Source: an uncultured Bacteroidales bacterium (lineage in GTDB: Bacteria; Bacteroidota; Bacteroidia; Bacteroidales; DTU049). Taken from it: a stretch of DNA of 64,000 nt. A model generated the notes under the pieces. That model was not told the origin of the DNA and did no database searches. It was given only the letters and a program-made list of their open reading frames with translations. Every line of letters begins with the position of its first letter. Position 1 is the stretch's first letter. Location: positions 8,468-72,467 of the forward strand of contig CAZGIW010000003.1 in assembly GCA_964526285.1 (NCBI GenBank), written 5' to 3'. A program made the position numbers and the translations under genes. Below, piece by piece: positions 38,645 through 47,992 of the stretch.

Positions 38645-39928
38645 CTAATATGTGAAGCTGTTTAAATTCCATGGTTTTGCAATTGATAAGCTTTTTACAA
38701 TTGGGCCATATTTTTTATCATACAATCCGGGTTGGAATTTTTTGTCATAAAAATCTCTCATTCTTTCAGCTGCCATAGTAATTTCAGGGTTTTGTTCTCT
38801 TTCCTGTTTTGTTGGTCCTTTGGGATGGAATGTGCCCCTTTCTTCAATGATTTCTGCAGACAAATGCTGAAAGGGTTTACATGCTGGATATACCTTTTCA
38901 ATAAGAAAAGTGACAAATTCCTGTGACAGATCGAAATAGTTATATTTCACGGTCCAAAGAAAAGTGGGGTGCTTAAAAATTTCCATGAAGGAAATACCAT
39001 AATACTTTAATAATAATTTTTCCTTTTCCTTTATGATTCCAGGATAAGTATTTTGTGTTTTCACAACAGCTTCTCTTGGGTTTGCTGACATTCTCCACGG
39101 TTCAATAAAAGGAGCAAAAGAGGTATAAGACAAGCTCCAGTGAGCAAGATCGTCGATAATTGTTTCCCACATTGATGTAATGCGTTTAAAAACCAGAATG
39201 TCCTTTTCGCGTTTTCTTTCAATATCATTGCGCAAAAAAGACCATATTTTCCAATCGGGAACACCAAACGGAGATTTTGAGCACAATTGTTCAAAAGTTT
39301 CAATTTTTTCGGCTGTTTCTTCAAGCTCATAGGGTGTGATGGGATTCACCATAGCAAATTCCTGTTCAAGCAGCAACCCATTTTTGCTTGCTATTGTTCC
39401 TTCTGCAGCTTTATCTAGCCCTTTTTCAATCTGAATCCTCAGAAAGTCTGGAAGGGTCATCCCTTGCTGTTCTCCCAGAGCAATCAAATCCTTTATTGGC
39501 CCAATGAGGGCTTCAGGGTTTTGCAGTACCTCAACTTCAACGGCATTGCTTCGTTCTCCTTTTGAAGCAGAATGTGCAATGGCATCTTCATAGCCCTGCT
39601 GAAGCGCATCAACAGATTGACGTAATCCGTCAAGGCAAAGAGTCAACAAAGTCGCATCATCATATCCCTTTTCATCAACACTGGCTTTTGCCGATTCGCT
39701 AAGGGTTCTTCCGTAATAATCACTGAATACTCCAAACAGGTTTTCCTGCATCAATTGTGCATTGAAAGCATTGAAATCGCTGTGTTCCTGTCCCAATTGC
39801 TCCATACGGGCAAATGTTTCACACATTTTATCAAAATTTTCACCGCTTAAATTTTTCGACCTGCAATCTTCCACCATATTGCGAAATGTACTCAACATGG
39901 GATCTAGCATCATTTTATCTATAGGCAT
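38645..39928 (-). CDS. Hypothetical cytoplasmic protein (427 aa, predominantly helical by composition).
   Basis: It is a long ORF with no signal peptide and no TM segment. It starts 12 nt after the upstream gene's stop. I recognise no motif. Confidence 0.5.
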   Translation of the reverse strand: MPIDKMMLDPMLSTFRNMVEDCRSKNLSGENFDKMCETFARMEQLGQEHSDFNAFNAQLMQENLFGVFSDYYGRTLSESAKASVDEKGYDDATLLTLCLDGLRQSVDALQQGYEDAIAHSASKGERSNAVEVEVLQNPEALIGPIKDLIALGEQQGMTLPDFLRIQIEKGLDKAAEGTIASKNGLLLEQEFAMVNPITPYELEETAEKIETFEQLCSKSPFGVPDWKIWSFLRNDIERKREKDILVFKRITSMWETIIDDLAHWSLSYTSFAPFIEPWRMSANPREAVVKTQNTYPGIIKEKEKLLLKYYGISFMEIFKHPTFLWTVKYNYFDLSQEFVTFLIEKVYPACKPFQHLSAEIIEERGTFHPKGPTKQEREQNPEITMAAERMRDFYDKKFQPGLYDKKYGPIVKSLSIAKPWNLNSFTY

Positions 39929-39940
39929 AATAATTATATA

Positions 39941-40603
39941 TTAACGTTGAACAATTGTACGATATAATTCTCTTAGCTCTTTCAGAAACTCTTCTTTCAG
40001 GGGGGATTTTCTAAAATGCCGGTACTCAAAACAAATATCAGGGTTGATTTGCCATCCGCTTTGCCATTCATGATTGTTTTTTTCTATGCTCTCACGTCCT
40101 TTTAGCAAAGATTGTTTGATTTCTTCTGCTGAATTAGTCATATCAGATTTATACTTCTCAGGCACCTCAGCATTTGTGTAAACAATATATCTGTCAAGCA
40201 GGTTCAAATCACCAAAAAACTGCATGGGATGTGATTCGTCCATACTGATTTCAATTCTCACCTTTGCAGAAACATCATTCACATGTGATATGGCATCCAT
40301 CACATTATCAAACTGATCAATTTTTTCAAGTACCTGTTCGGCTTCTTTCACCCTAATCACTTCTTTGTGTTTTTCAAAATGTTTCTTTTCCATAAGGTAC
40401 TGGTCTTTTAACAATGCTGTGCCGCATAATTCATTGAGATTGCCCATTTTGTCCCTTATCTCTTCAAGAGTGTTGCATGAGATAATTGCATCGGCCAGTT
40501 TTCTTTCAGCGGCATATGAGTTTTTGTAATTTTCATTGTTTGCATAGCGCTGAGCCCTAACCTCATAATAGGCTTTGTACTTTTGTAATAAATCTTCGCT
40601 CAT
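39941..40603 (-). CDS. Hypothetical cytoplasmic protein (220 aa, charged, coiled-coil-like).
   Basis: It is an ORF with its own -7 box and no signal peptide. I recognise no motif. Confidence 0.5.
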   Translation of the reverse strand: MSEDLLQKYKAYYEVRAQRYANNENYKNSYAAERKLADAIISCNTLEEIRDKMGNLNELCGTALLKDQYLMEKKHFEKHKEVIRVKEAEQVLEKIDQFDNVMDAISHVNDVSAKVRIEISMDESHPMQFFGDLNLLDRYIVYTNAEVPEKYKSDMTNSAEEIKQSLLKGRESIEKNNHEWQSGWQINPDICFEYRHFRKSPLKEEFLKELRELYRTIVQR

Positions 40604-40625
40604 TGGTTATTGTTTTTTGAAAGTT

Positions 40626-40633
40626 CAAAGATA
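40626..40633 (-). promoter_or_regulatory. -7 promoter box (TAnnTTTG on the minus strand).
   Basis: The plus strand reads CAAAGATA, which is TATCTTTG on the minus strand, 22 nt upstream of the ATG at 40603. Confidence 0.45.
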
Positions 40634-40873
40634 TAAAAAAACACTATTGACCAAAAAAAATTGCTGTTCGTTTTGTCACAAAGCCACCAAGTTTCTCTAA
40701 ATCAAACACATAGACTAAGTGGCGGTATTAAGAAATCTGCCCCTATACCTTTTAAAACATTCCGAAAAGTCAATTTTATCAATAACTTCTAAGGGAAAGG
40801 TGTTTATTCGTCAGTAATAATGATAAAAAAAACATCATAAAAAATTCTTAAAAAAAGGTAGAGTCAATTTTCT

Positions 40874-41521
40874 TTAATCATAAGTATAACTAAGAATGTA
40901 GTCATTAAACCGTTCACATCTTACAAGAAAATCTTTGGTTTGATGGGGCAGAATAACTCTGATTTTTATTAGCCAGTAACCATGGTATTGCCTTAAAGAA
41001 TGAATGTGAATGTGGTCTTTGAGAGAAATTTGCGGATTGTCATAACACTTATATACGGTTTCTTTGGCTGACCAAAACATGGTATAAGTTTCAGGAGATG
41101 GATTGACAGAAGCCCTGATTTGTTCAACAGGATTGAGATATTTTGATCTGACACGCATCACTTTTTTGTCAATTTTTTCAATATCAATTCCGGGATTTAT
41201 TTTGATGTTTTCAGAAATCAGAGTTGCAGAAAAGTTTCCTGAATGAGTAATTGAAATGTTTCGGGGTGGATGAACCAGATATGGTTTTCCGGTTGAAGTA
41301 TAGTATATCTTGTAAATTGTATCAATTCTAACAAGATTTCTTATTAACACACGATAGCTAAGCCATTGTTTTTTTCTGTGCTCAGTTCTAAACTCTTCAA
41401 GTGTCTCAAATTCCTGCTGATTCAGGTATAGCTGAGAAACAAGCTCTTCAATGGATTCGGAAATTTCCCAAATTCCAAGCTGAATTCCAGGTTCAAGTTC
41501 GGTATGAATCAGAAGAGGCAT
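40874..41521 (-). CDS. Sfp-type 4'-phosphopantetheinyl transferase.
   Basis: It has the GIDIEKI motif and WSAKETVYKC (the W/FxxKE(A/S)xxK motif). The product is 215 aa. Confidence 0.75.
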   Translation of the reverse strand: MPLLIHTELEPGIQLGIWEISESIEELVSQLYLNQQEFETLEEFRTEHRKKQWLSYRVLIRNLVRIDTIYKIYYTSTGKPYLVHPPRNISITHSGNFSATLISENIKINPGIDIEKIDKKVMRVRSKYLNPVEQIRASVNPSPETYTMFWSAKETVYKCYDNPQISLKDHIHIHSLRQYHGYWLIKIRVILPHQTKDFLVRCERFNDYILSYTYD

Positions 41522-41565
41522 TGATATTGTTTTATAAAATCAGCGGTAAAATTAGAAAAAAAACA

Positions 41566-41573
41566 TAATTTTG
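41566..41573 (+). promoter_or_regulatory. -7 promoter box (TAnnTTTG).
   Basis: TAATTTTG lies 43 nt upstream of the ATG at 41617. Confidence 0.45.
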
Positions 41574-41616
41574 TTGTTTTATTTTAGTTAATATACTCTA
41601 ACAAAAGGATAATTCA

Positions 41617-42516
41617 ATGAAAAAAAGTACAATTCTCTTCTTCTCAGCTCTGATTTTAGTGTCATTTTCTCTATACTCTCAAAACACAAGCAAATCAATA
41701 GTATATAGCTCAGAGAATCAAAGTTTAATTTCTAACAACAAGGATGAAGTCAATTCATTTTTGTGGCAGGATTTTGATTCCGGATCCATGCCGCCTGCCG
41801 GTTGGAACCTGATTTCGGGTACCACTCCTGAAACATGGGGCTTGGGCAATGCAGATGTGTTTCCTCCGATCTCCGGAGACTATTTTATGTTATGTCGTTT
41901 TGATGATACATATGTTCCTGAAGGTCAGGATGAAAGACTATTAACTCCAATACTTGATCTAACAGGTTTGTCTGATGGAAAAATGGCATTCTGGTTTATG
42001 TTCAGCCGTTACTGGGGAATTACTCCCAATGATAATTATGATTTGCAGTTGCTAGTGAGCATTGATGCCGGCGCTACTTTTAGCCAGCCAATATGGACAG
42101 AACTTTCTACAGACACTTCTGCCTGGTCAACATGGCAGTGGATCAGAGCTGAAATTGATATCACTCCATATGTGGGACAAAATGGAGTTCAGTTTTGTTT
42201 CAGGTATGTTGGTTTTGATGGAGCTGATGCAGCAATTGAAAATGTGGAAATTACCTTTCTTACTGCTATTGGCGAAAATCTTACAGAACAAATCATCTTG
42301 TATCCAAATCCAGCTGAAAATTATCTTGTTCTTGAAATGTCAGGAACAAAGGAGGTTATTGTTTTTGATTTATCAGGCAAACCTGTTTTGCAAACCCAGC
42401 TTCAGCCAGAACAACAACACTTAAATATCTCTTTTCTTCCCCCAGGCACATATAGTGTTTCCGTTACACAGAAAGAATACAAAACCAACTCAGGGTTTGT
42501 TTTTATTAAACAATAG
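41617..42516 (+). CDS. T9SS cargo protein with a choice-of-anchor-J-like domain.
   Basis: It has a signal peptide and FDSGSMPPAGWNLISG. The C-terminus is LYPNPAENYLVLEM...VFDLSGKPV...LPPGTYSVSV. Confidence 0.7.
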   Translation: MKKSTILFFSALILVSFSLYSQNTSKSIVYSSENQSLISNNKDEVNSFLWQDFDSGSMPPAGWNLISGTTPETWGLGNADVFPPISGDYFMLCRFDDTYVPEGQDERLLTPILDLTGLSDGKMAFWFMFSRYWGITPNDNYDLQLLVSIDAGATFSQPIWTELSTDTSAWSTWQWIRAEIDITPYVGQNGVQFCFRYVGFDGADAAIENVEITFLTAIGENLTEQIILYPNPAENYLVLEMSGTKEVIVFDLSGKPVLQTQLQPEQQHLNISFLPPGTYSVSVTQKEYKTNSGFVFIKQ

Positions 42517-42533
42517 TTGAAGATTTCTCTTTT

Positions 42534-45152
42534 CTATTTTGTCAGAAAAGAAATACCCTTGCTTAATGCATTGTCAAGTCCTTTGGCATTAGTGCCCCCT
42601 GCTGTTGCAATTCCGGGCTGACCACCACCACCGCCACCTATTTCTTTCGCAAGTTCCTTTACAATATTTCCGGCATGCAATCCTTTATCCTTAACCAAAT
42701 CATCTGAAATGATTACAGTGATTGAAGCCTTGCCATCGTACTCATTACCAATGATATAATAAAATGATTGCGTACTTCTGTTTTTTAGTTCCCAGGTCAG
42801 TTGTTTTATCTGAGCAGCAGAAATTGATAGTTTTTTTGTCAGTACTGCAATGTTGTTTATTTCTTTTTTCTCCTTCAAAATATCTTCTGCCAGAGAGCCA
42901 GTGTTTGCCATCTCAAGTTCTTCAATTTTCTTTTCCAGTTTTTTGATGTGTTCACGCTGATTATCCATTGCTTCCATAATGTTTTTGGGATTGTTGAAGC
43001 CGGACTTTATGTGCTGAAGTGTTTGCCACTGCTCCTGAACAAGTTGAAATGCTTTTTCTCCTGTCACTGCTTCAATCCTTCTGGTTCCTGCAGCAATGGC
43101 GCTTTCAGAAATAATTTTAAACAACCCAATGTTTCCACTTGCTGCCACATGGGTGCCTCCGCACAATTCCATTGAGTCTCCAAAACGAATGGTTCGCACT
43201 GTGTCTTCGTATTTTTCACCAAACAATGCAATGGCTCCATCTTTTAATGCCTGATTATACGAAGTGCTTCTGTTTTCATCAACAGGAATGTTTGCTCTGA
43301 TTTGAGTATTGACAATTTGTTCAACCTGTTCAATTTCTTCTGCTGTCATTTTCTGAAAATGTGAAAAGTCAAAACGCAGATATTCAGCATTTACCAGCGA
43401 CCCTTTTTGTTCCACATGATTGCCCAGAACTTTTCTCAATGCATGATGCATCAGGTGTGTGGCACTGTGATTTCGCATTGTGCTTTGTCTTGACGAAATA
43501 TCCACATGAGCCTTAAATTCTGAGTTAATGTTTTTGGGAAGAATATTGGTGATGTGAATAATCAAATCTAGCTCCCGGATGGTATCAATGATTGGAATTT
43601 CCTCTTCCTTGTTTTTTATAATTCCTGTATCACCCACCTGTCCTCCGCTTTCCCCATAAAATGGAGTTTTGTCAAACACAAGATGATACAGGACTTCACC
43701 CTTTTTGGTCACTTGTCTGTAACGGCTGATTTTTATTTTCTCTTCAAGGGTGTCCCATCCCACAAAATCGCTGGCTTTATTGTCATGAACAATTGTCCAG
43801 TCTTCTTTTTCCACAACGGAATCTTTTCGGCTTCTTTCCTTTTGTTCGTTCAATAATGTCTGAAAAGTTTCCATGTCAACTGTAAGCCCTTTTTCCCTGC
43901 ACATGAGTTCTGTCAGGTCAACCGGAAATCCATAGGTGTCATACAGTTCAAACACAAACTTCCCGTCCAGTATTTTCTGATTGGGGTGTGATACAACATA
44001 GTCTTCAAACTTGTGAATTCCTGTATCAAGCGTTCTCAAAAAAGATTGTTCTTCTTCAAAAACCACTTTTGCAATAAACTGATGTTGTTTTTCCAGTTCG
44101 GGGAAAAAATCACCCATTGTGTCAACAAGAGCAGGAATCAGTTCACAAACAAATGGTTTGTTCAGTTCCAGGAATGTAAAACCATACCTTACAGCACGCC
44201 TCAGAATGCGCCTGATAACATAACCAGCTTTTACATTGGATGGGATTTGGCCGTCTGCAATGGCAAAAGCTACAGCCCTCAGATGGTCAGCAATAACGCG
44301 AAAAGCAATATCACATTTTTGGTCTTTTCCATATTTTTTGCCTGAAATCTCTTCAATTTTTCCAATAAAAGGAGTGAAAATATCTGTGTCGTAGTTTGAA
44401 TCTTTTTTCTGAATAATTCTGCAAAGACGTTCAAAACCCATCCCTGTGTCCACATGCTTGTTTTTCAGTGGATGCAGAATTCCCTGCATGTCACGGTTGA
44501 ACTGTATAAATACAAGATTCCATATTTCAATCACCTGTGGATTGTCCTTGTTTACCAGTTGATGTCCGGGTATTTCTTTTTTGGCTTTGTCATCACGCAA
44601 ATCAACATGCAGTTCTGAACATGGACCGCAAGGCCCAGATTCGCCCATTTCCCAAAAATTATCTTTTTTGTTTCCTGGCAATACTCTGTCTTTTGGCAAA
44701 AATTTTTCCCAAAGTTTTTGCGCTTCATAATCTGGCTCCAGCTGCTCTGAAGCATCGCCCTCAAAATATGTGGCATACATAATGTCAGGTGAAATTCCAT
44801 ATACCTTTGTAAGAAGTTCAAAAGCCCACTCAACAGCTTCTTCCTTAAAATAATCACCAAAGGACCAGTTGCCAAGCATTTCAAACATGGTGTGATGATA
44901 TGTGTCGTGCCCCACTTCTTCCAAATCATTGTGTTTGCCCGAAACCCTCAAACATTTTTGAGTGTTTGCAATACGAGTATGTTGTGCCGGTTTGTTGTCA
45001 AGAAAAATATCCTTAAACTGATTCATGCCGGCATTGGTAAACATGAGTGTTGGGTCGTTTTTTAGCACCATTGGCGCCGAAGGAACAATGTGATGTTGTT
45101 TTGACTGAAAAAAATCAAGAAAAGCTTGTCTGATTTCTGCCGAAGTTTTCAT
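42534..45152 (-). CDS. alaS: Alanine--tRNA ligase.
   Basis: MKTSAEIRQAFLDFFQSKQH..., the HxxxH editing-domain motifs (HSATHLMHHAL) and a C-terminal DHHA1-like domain with a GGGGG tract match AlaS. I set the start to the ATG at 45152 because the track start at 45158 is a TTG. Confidence 0.95.
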   Translation of the reverse strand: MKTSAEIRQAFLDFFQSKQHHIVPSAPMVLKNDPTLMFTNAGMNQFKDIFLDNKPAQHTRIANTQKCLRVSGKHNDLEEVGHDTYHHTMFEMLGNWSFGDYFKEEAVEWAFELLTKVYGISPDIMYATYFEGDASEQLEPDYEAQKLWEKFLPKDRVLPGNKKDNFWEMGESGPCGPCSELHVDLRDDKAKKEIPGHQLVNKDNPQVIEIWNLVFIQFNRDMQGILHPLKNKHVDTGMGFERLCRIIQKKDSNYDTDIFTPFIGKIEEISGKKYGKDQKCDIAFRVIADHLRAVAFAIADGQIPSNVKAGYVIRRILRRAVRYGFTFLELNKPFVCELIPALVDTMGDFFPELEKQHQFIAKVVFEEEQSFLRTLDTGIHKFEDYVVSHPNQKILDGKFVFELYDTYGFPVDLTELMCREKGLTVDMETFQTLLNEQKERSRKDSVVEKEDWTIVHDNKASDFVGWDTLEEKIKISRYRQVTKKGEVLYHLVFDKTPFYGESGGQVGDTGIIKNKEEEIPIIDTIRELDLIIHITNILPKNINSEFKAHVDISSRQSTMRNHSATHLMHHALRKVLGNHVEQKGSLVNAEYLRFDFSHFQKMTAEEIEQVEQIVNTQIRANIPVDENRSTSYNQALKDGAIALFGEKYEDTVRTIRFGDSMELCGGTHVAASGNIGLFKIISESAIAAGTRRIEAVTGEKAFQLVQEQWQTLQHIKSGFNNPKNIMEAMDNQREHIKKLEKKIEELEMANTGSLAEDILKEKKEINNIAVLTKKLSISAAQIKQLTWELKNRSTQSFYYIIGNEYDGKASITVIISDDLVKDKGLHAGNIVKELAKEIGGGGGGQPGIATAGGTNAKGLDNALSKGISFLTK

Positions 45153-45183
45153 AATCAATGGATTGTGTTTTTTTTATGATGTG

Positions 45184-45191
45184 CAAAGTTA
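45184..45191 (-). promoter_or_regulatory. -7 promoter box (TAnnTTTG on the minus strand).
   Basis: The plus strand reads CAAAGTTA, which is TAACTTTG on the minus strand, 31 nt upstream of the alaS ATG. Confidence 0.45.
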
Positions 45192-45227
45192 CCCTTTTTT
45201 GCAAGACTGCCAGAGGTAAAAAATTTT

Positions 45228-45998
45228 CTATTCTTTCTTTTTTACTTCATTCCACAATTTGTCCTGTTCTTCAAGATTTAAATCTTCAAATTTTAAATCT
45301 CTTGATTTGGCCAACTCTTCCATAGCCTTAAATCTGCGAATAAATTTTTTGTTTGTTTTTTCTAATGCGTTTTCTGCATTGATGTTTAAAAATCTTCCGT
45401 AATTTACCAACGCAAACAGAAGATCGCCAAACTCATCTTCGGTTTTTTCTGCCGAAACACCCGATTCTGCCTCTTCTTTCAATTCATGCAGCTCTTCAAC
45501 AACCTTATCCCACACCTGTTCTTTTGTGTCCCACTCAAAACCAACCCCTCTGGCTTTTTCCTGAATACGAAAAGCTTTTACCATTGATGGCAGCGAAACA
45601 GGAACACCTTCCAAAACTCCTTTCTTCCCCTGTTGGAGTTTAATTTTTTCCCAGTTTTCTTTAACATCTTGTTCGTTAGCCACTTTCACATCGCCAAACA
45701 CATGAGGATGCCTGTCAATGAGTTTTTTATTGATCCCTTTCAACACACTTTCCATGTCAAATGTGCCGGCTTCACTACCCAGTTTTGCATAAAAAACAAT
45801 GTGTAGCATCATGTCGCCAAGCTCTCCGCTGATATCCTTGTGGTTTTTTTCCAGAATTGCATCGGCCAGTTCATACACCTCTTCAATTGTGAGAAAACGC
45901 AGGCTTTCAAAATCCTGTTTCTTATCCCATGGGCAGCTCTCTCTCAGCTTATCCATGATTTTTAGCAAATTTTCAAATTCGTTCAGGGTGTTTTTCAT
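45228..45998 (-). CDS. mazG: Nucleoside triphosphate pyrophosphohydrolase MazG.
   Basis: The tandem MazG domains carry EEVYELADAI, GELGDMMLHIVFYA, ELHELKEE and EFGDLLFALVNY. Confidence 0.85.
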   Translation of the reverse strand: MKNTLNEFENLLKIMDKLRESCPWDKKQDFESLRFLTIEEVYELADAILEKNHKDISGELGDMMLHIVFYAKLGSEAGTFDMESVLKGINKKLIDRHPHVFGDVKVANEQDVKENWEKIKLQQGKKGVLEGVPVSLPSMVKAFRIQEKARGVGFEWDTKEQVWDKVVEELHELKEEAESGVSAEKTEDEFGDLLFALVNYGRFLNINAENALEKTNKKFIRRFKAMEELAKSRDLKFEDLNLEEQDKLWNEVKKKE

Positions 45999-46031
45999 TA
46001 GAATTTATATTAGTTTACCAAAGATTTTCAA

Positions 46032-46047
46032 TATTTTTGCAAAGATA
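46032..46047. promoter_or_regulatory. Back-to-back divergent -7 boxes.
   Basis: TATTTTTG on the plus strand lies 19 nt before the ATG at 46059. It directly abuts CAAAGATA, which is TATCTTTG on the minus strand, 41 nt before the mazG ATG. Confidence 0.45.
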
Positions 46048-46058
46048 CTGTTTTACAT

Positions 46059-47217
46059 CATGCATTTATTTTGTGAACTTTCTTTTCTGAAAAACAAAAA
46101 GGCAGGCTTTAATTCCCTTTTTGTAATTATCATGTTGTTTACTTTAACTGGCTTTTCTCAAAATAATGAACCAAAGTGGGGTGTTGAATTAAAAACGCAT
46201 TATTCCTTTTTAATGGTTCATCATAAACATATGAACATTTTGGCTGAGCAGCATTTTCCAGTCGTTCAGCTGAATGTTTTCAAAACAGGAGATCACGGAA
46301 AGGAATGGCAACAGTTGTACAGATATCCTCACTATGGGGTTTCACTAATATACACAACCTTAAGTAGTCCCCAATATCTTGGCGCAGGATACGGACTCAT
46401 ATCATACGCATCTTTTCCACAATTTAGAGCAAACCGGTTTTCTGCCAATTTCTTTGTAGGAGGAGGTATTGGCTATGTGGAAAAAATCTATGACATGAGG
46501 GAGAACTATAAAAACATCTCCATTGGCACACATCTCAATGCTGTTTTGCAGGGGCAGGCCGATTTCAGATATAGAATTTCCTCCAAATCTGAAATATCAG
46601 CTGGAATATCAATTTTACATTTTTCAAATGGAAAAATTAAGGTGCCAAACCTGGGAATTAACAATGTTGGTGCTTTTGTCGGATATTCACATCATATTCC
46701 GTATAATAGGAAGATACGTGAAGTGCAACCAGAAAACCTTACTGCAGAGAAGTATTGGGAGCACAATGTGTTTTTTGCCTCAGCACTGAAACAGATTTAT
46801 CCAATTGGGAGCGACTATTTTCTTTATACGGCGCTTTCATTTAATACGAAAAGAATTTTAAACCGGAAAAGAAAAGTGGGGATTGGAGTTGATGTGGTGT
46901 ATGATTTTTCTGACAGGGCGCATTTCAGAAATAAGGGTTTTGATATGCCAGATATCTCTTATGCAAAGCCGGGTATTTATGGAATTCATGATTTCAGATT
47001 AGGGAAATTATCAATATTTATTCATATTGGGACATATTTATATGCTTTTGAAAAAAATCAGGATGTGGGTTTGATTTATGACAGAACAGGGTTGCAATAC
47101 TTTTTCAATGATAATCTAAGCATAATGCTTGCGCTCAGAAAACATTATGCAAAGGCAGACTGTATTGAGTTTGGAATAAATTATAGTTTTGTGAAAAACA
47201 ACAGGAAAAACAGATGA
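46059..47217 (+). CDS. Outer-membrane acyloxyacyl hydrolase / lipid A deacylase (PagL-like) family protein.
   Basis: It has a signal peptide, beta-barrel-like patterning and the HFSNGKIKVPNLGIN (HxSNG) motif. I moved the start from the track's 45799, which overlaps mazG antisense, to the ATG at 46059. Confidence 0.55.
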
Positions 47218-47972
47218 AGCCTATACGAGCATTAGTATTTAGTTTGCCAATTATCACATTACTGTGTTCTGGTTTGCTTTTTTTATCCTGTGAAGAAAGT
47301 CATATTAAGGGCGTGGGAGAAATTGTAACAGAAACCCGAAATATGAATAGTTTTCACTCTGTTCATGTGTCAGACAACATAGAGACAGAACTTATATTTA
47401 ATGAGGGAAATTTTGGCAGAATTGATGTTGAAGGAGGAAAAAACCTGTTGCCCTATGTTATTACTGAGGTAATTGATTCAGTGCTTTATATCAGAAATGA
47501 AAACAGATTCAACTGGTTGAGAAGTTATGAAAAAAGTGAAATCAGGATGAATGTGTATTGTGAGAATTTGAAATTTTTAAGGTTTGATGGAGTAAATACC
47601 CTAAACTTTAAAGACACCTTGTACACTGATAGTTTTGAGTTCGAAGCAAAAGGAGCAATGGGGTTTGTTCATATGAAGCTTGTTGCCGATTCTGTTAAAG
47701 TATTTGTCCATACCGGAGCACCGGATGTTTATTTATCAGGGAACAGCGATTATTTATATGTGTTTTCTCACGCTCATGGAAACACCAGAGCTCTTGAATT
47801 TTCATCACAACATGTCAGAGTTCACCTAAGGGGAACTGCAAGCTGCTATGTTTCTCCAAATCAGTCTCTTGGAACAACAATTGAATCGTTTGGAAATGTT
47901 TTTTACAGAAATAATCCGGAAATATTATGGAACACTGAAACCCATGAGGGAAGACTGATAAAAATTGATTAA
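47214..47972 (+). CDS. Lipoprotein with a DUF2807 / head-GIN-like beta-helical domain.
   Basis: It has the signal plus lipobox LLFLSC and repetitive beta-strand modules. Its start overlaps the upstream stop in an ATGA. The family assignment is from memory. Confidence 0.45.
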   Translation: MKPIRALVFSLPIITLLCSGLLFLSCEESHIKGVGEIVTETRNMNSFHSVHVSDNIETELIFNEGNFGRIDVEGGKNLLPYVITEVIDSVLYIRNENRFNWLRSYEKSEIRMNVYCENLKFLRFDGVNTLNFKDTLYTDSFEFEAKGAMGFVHMKLVADSVKVFVHTGAPDVYLSGNSDYLYVFSHAHGNTRALEFSSQHVRVHLRGTASCYVSPNQSLGTTIESFGNVFYRNNPEILWNTETHEGRLIKID

Positions 47973-47992
47973 AAACATAAAACAAACACAAC

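Noticed and set aside
40634-40873. A 240-bp intergenic region with GCCAC/GTGGC and AAGTGGCGGTAT fragments that resemble the repeats near the ATPase gene.
   Set aside because: The similarity is limited to 10-12-mers with mismatches. I cannot distinguish it from chance without a genome-wide count, so I did not call it a repeat copy.
45799-46058. The N-terminal 87 codons of the track ORF 45799-47217.
   Set aside because: This extension overlaps the mazG 5' end on the opposite strand and precedes the -7 box at 46032-46039. The ATG at 46059 gives a proper signal peptide.
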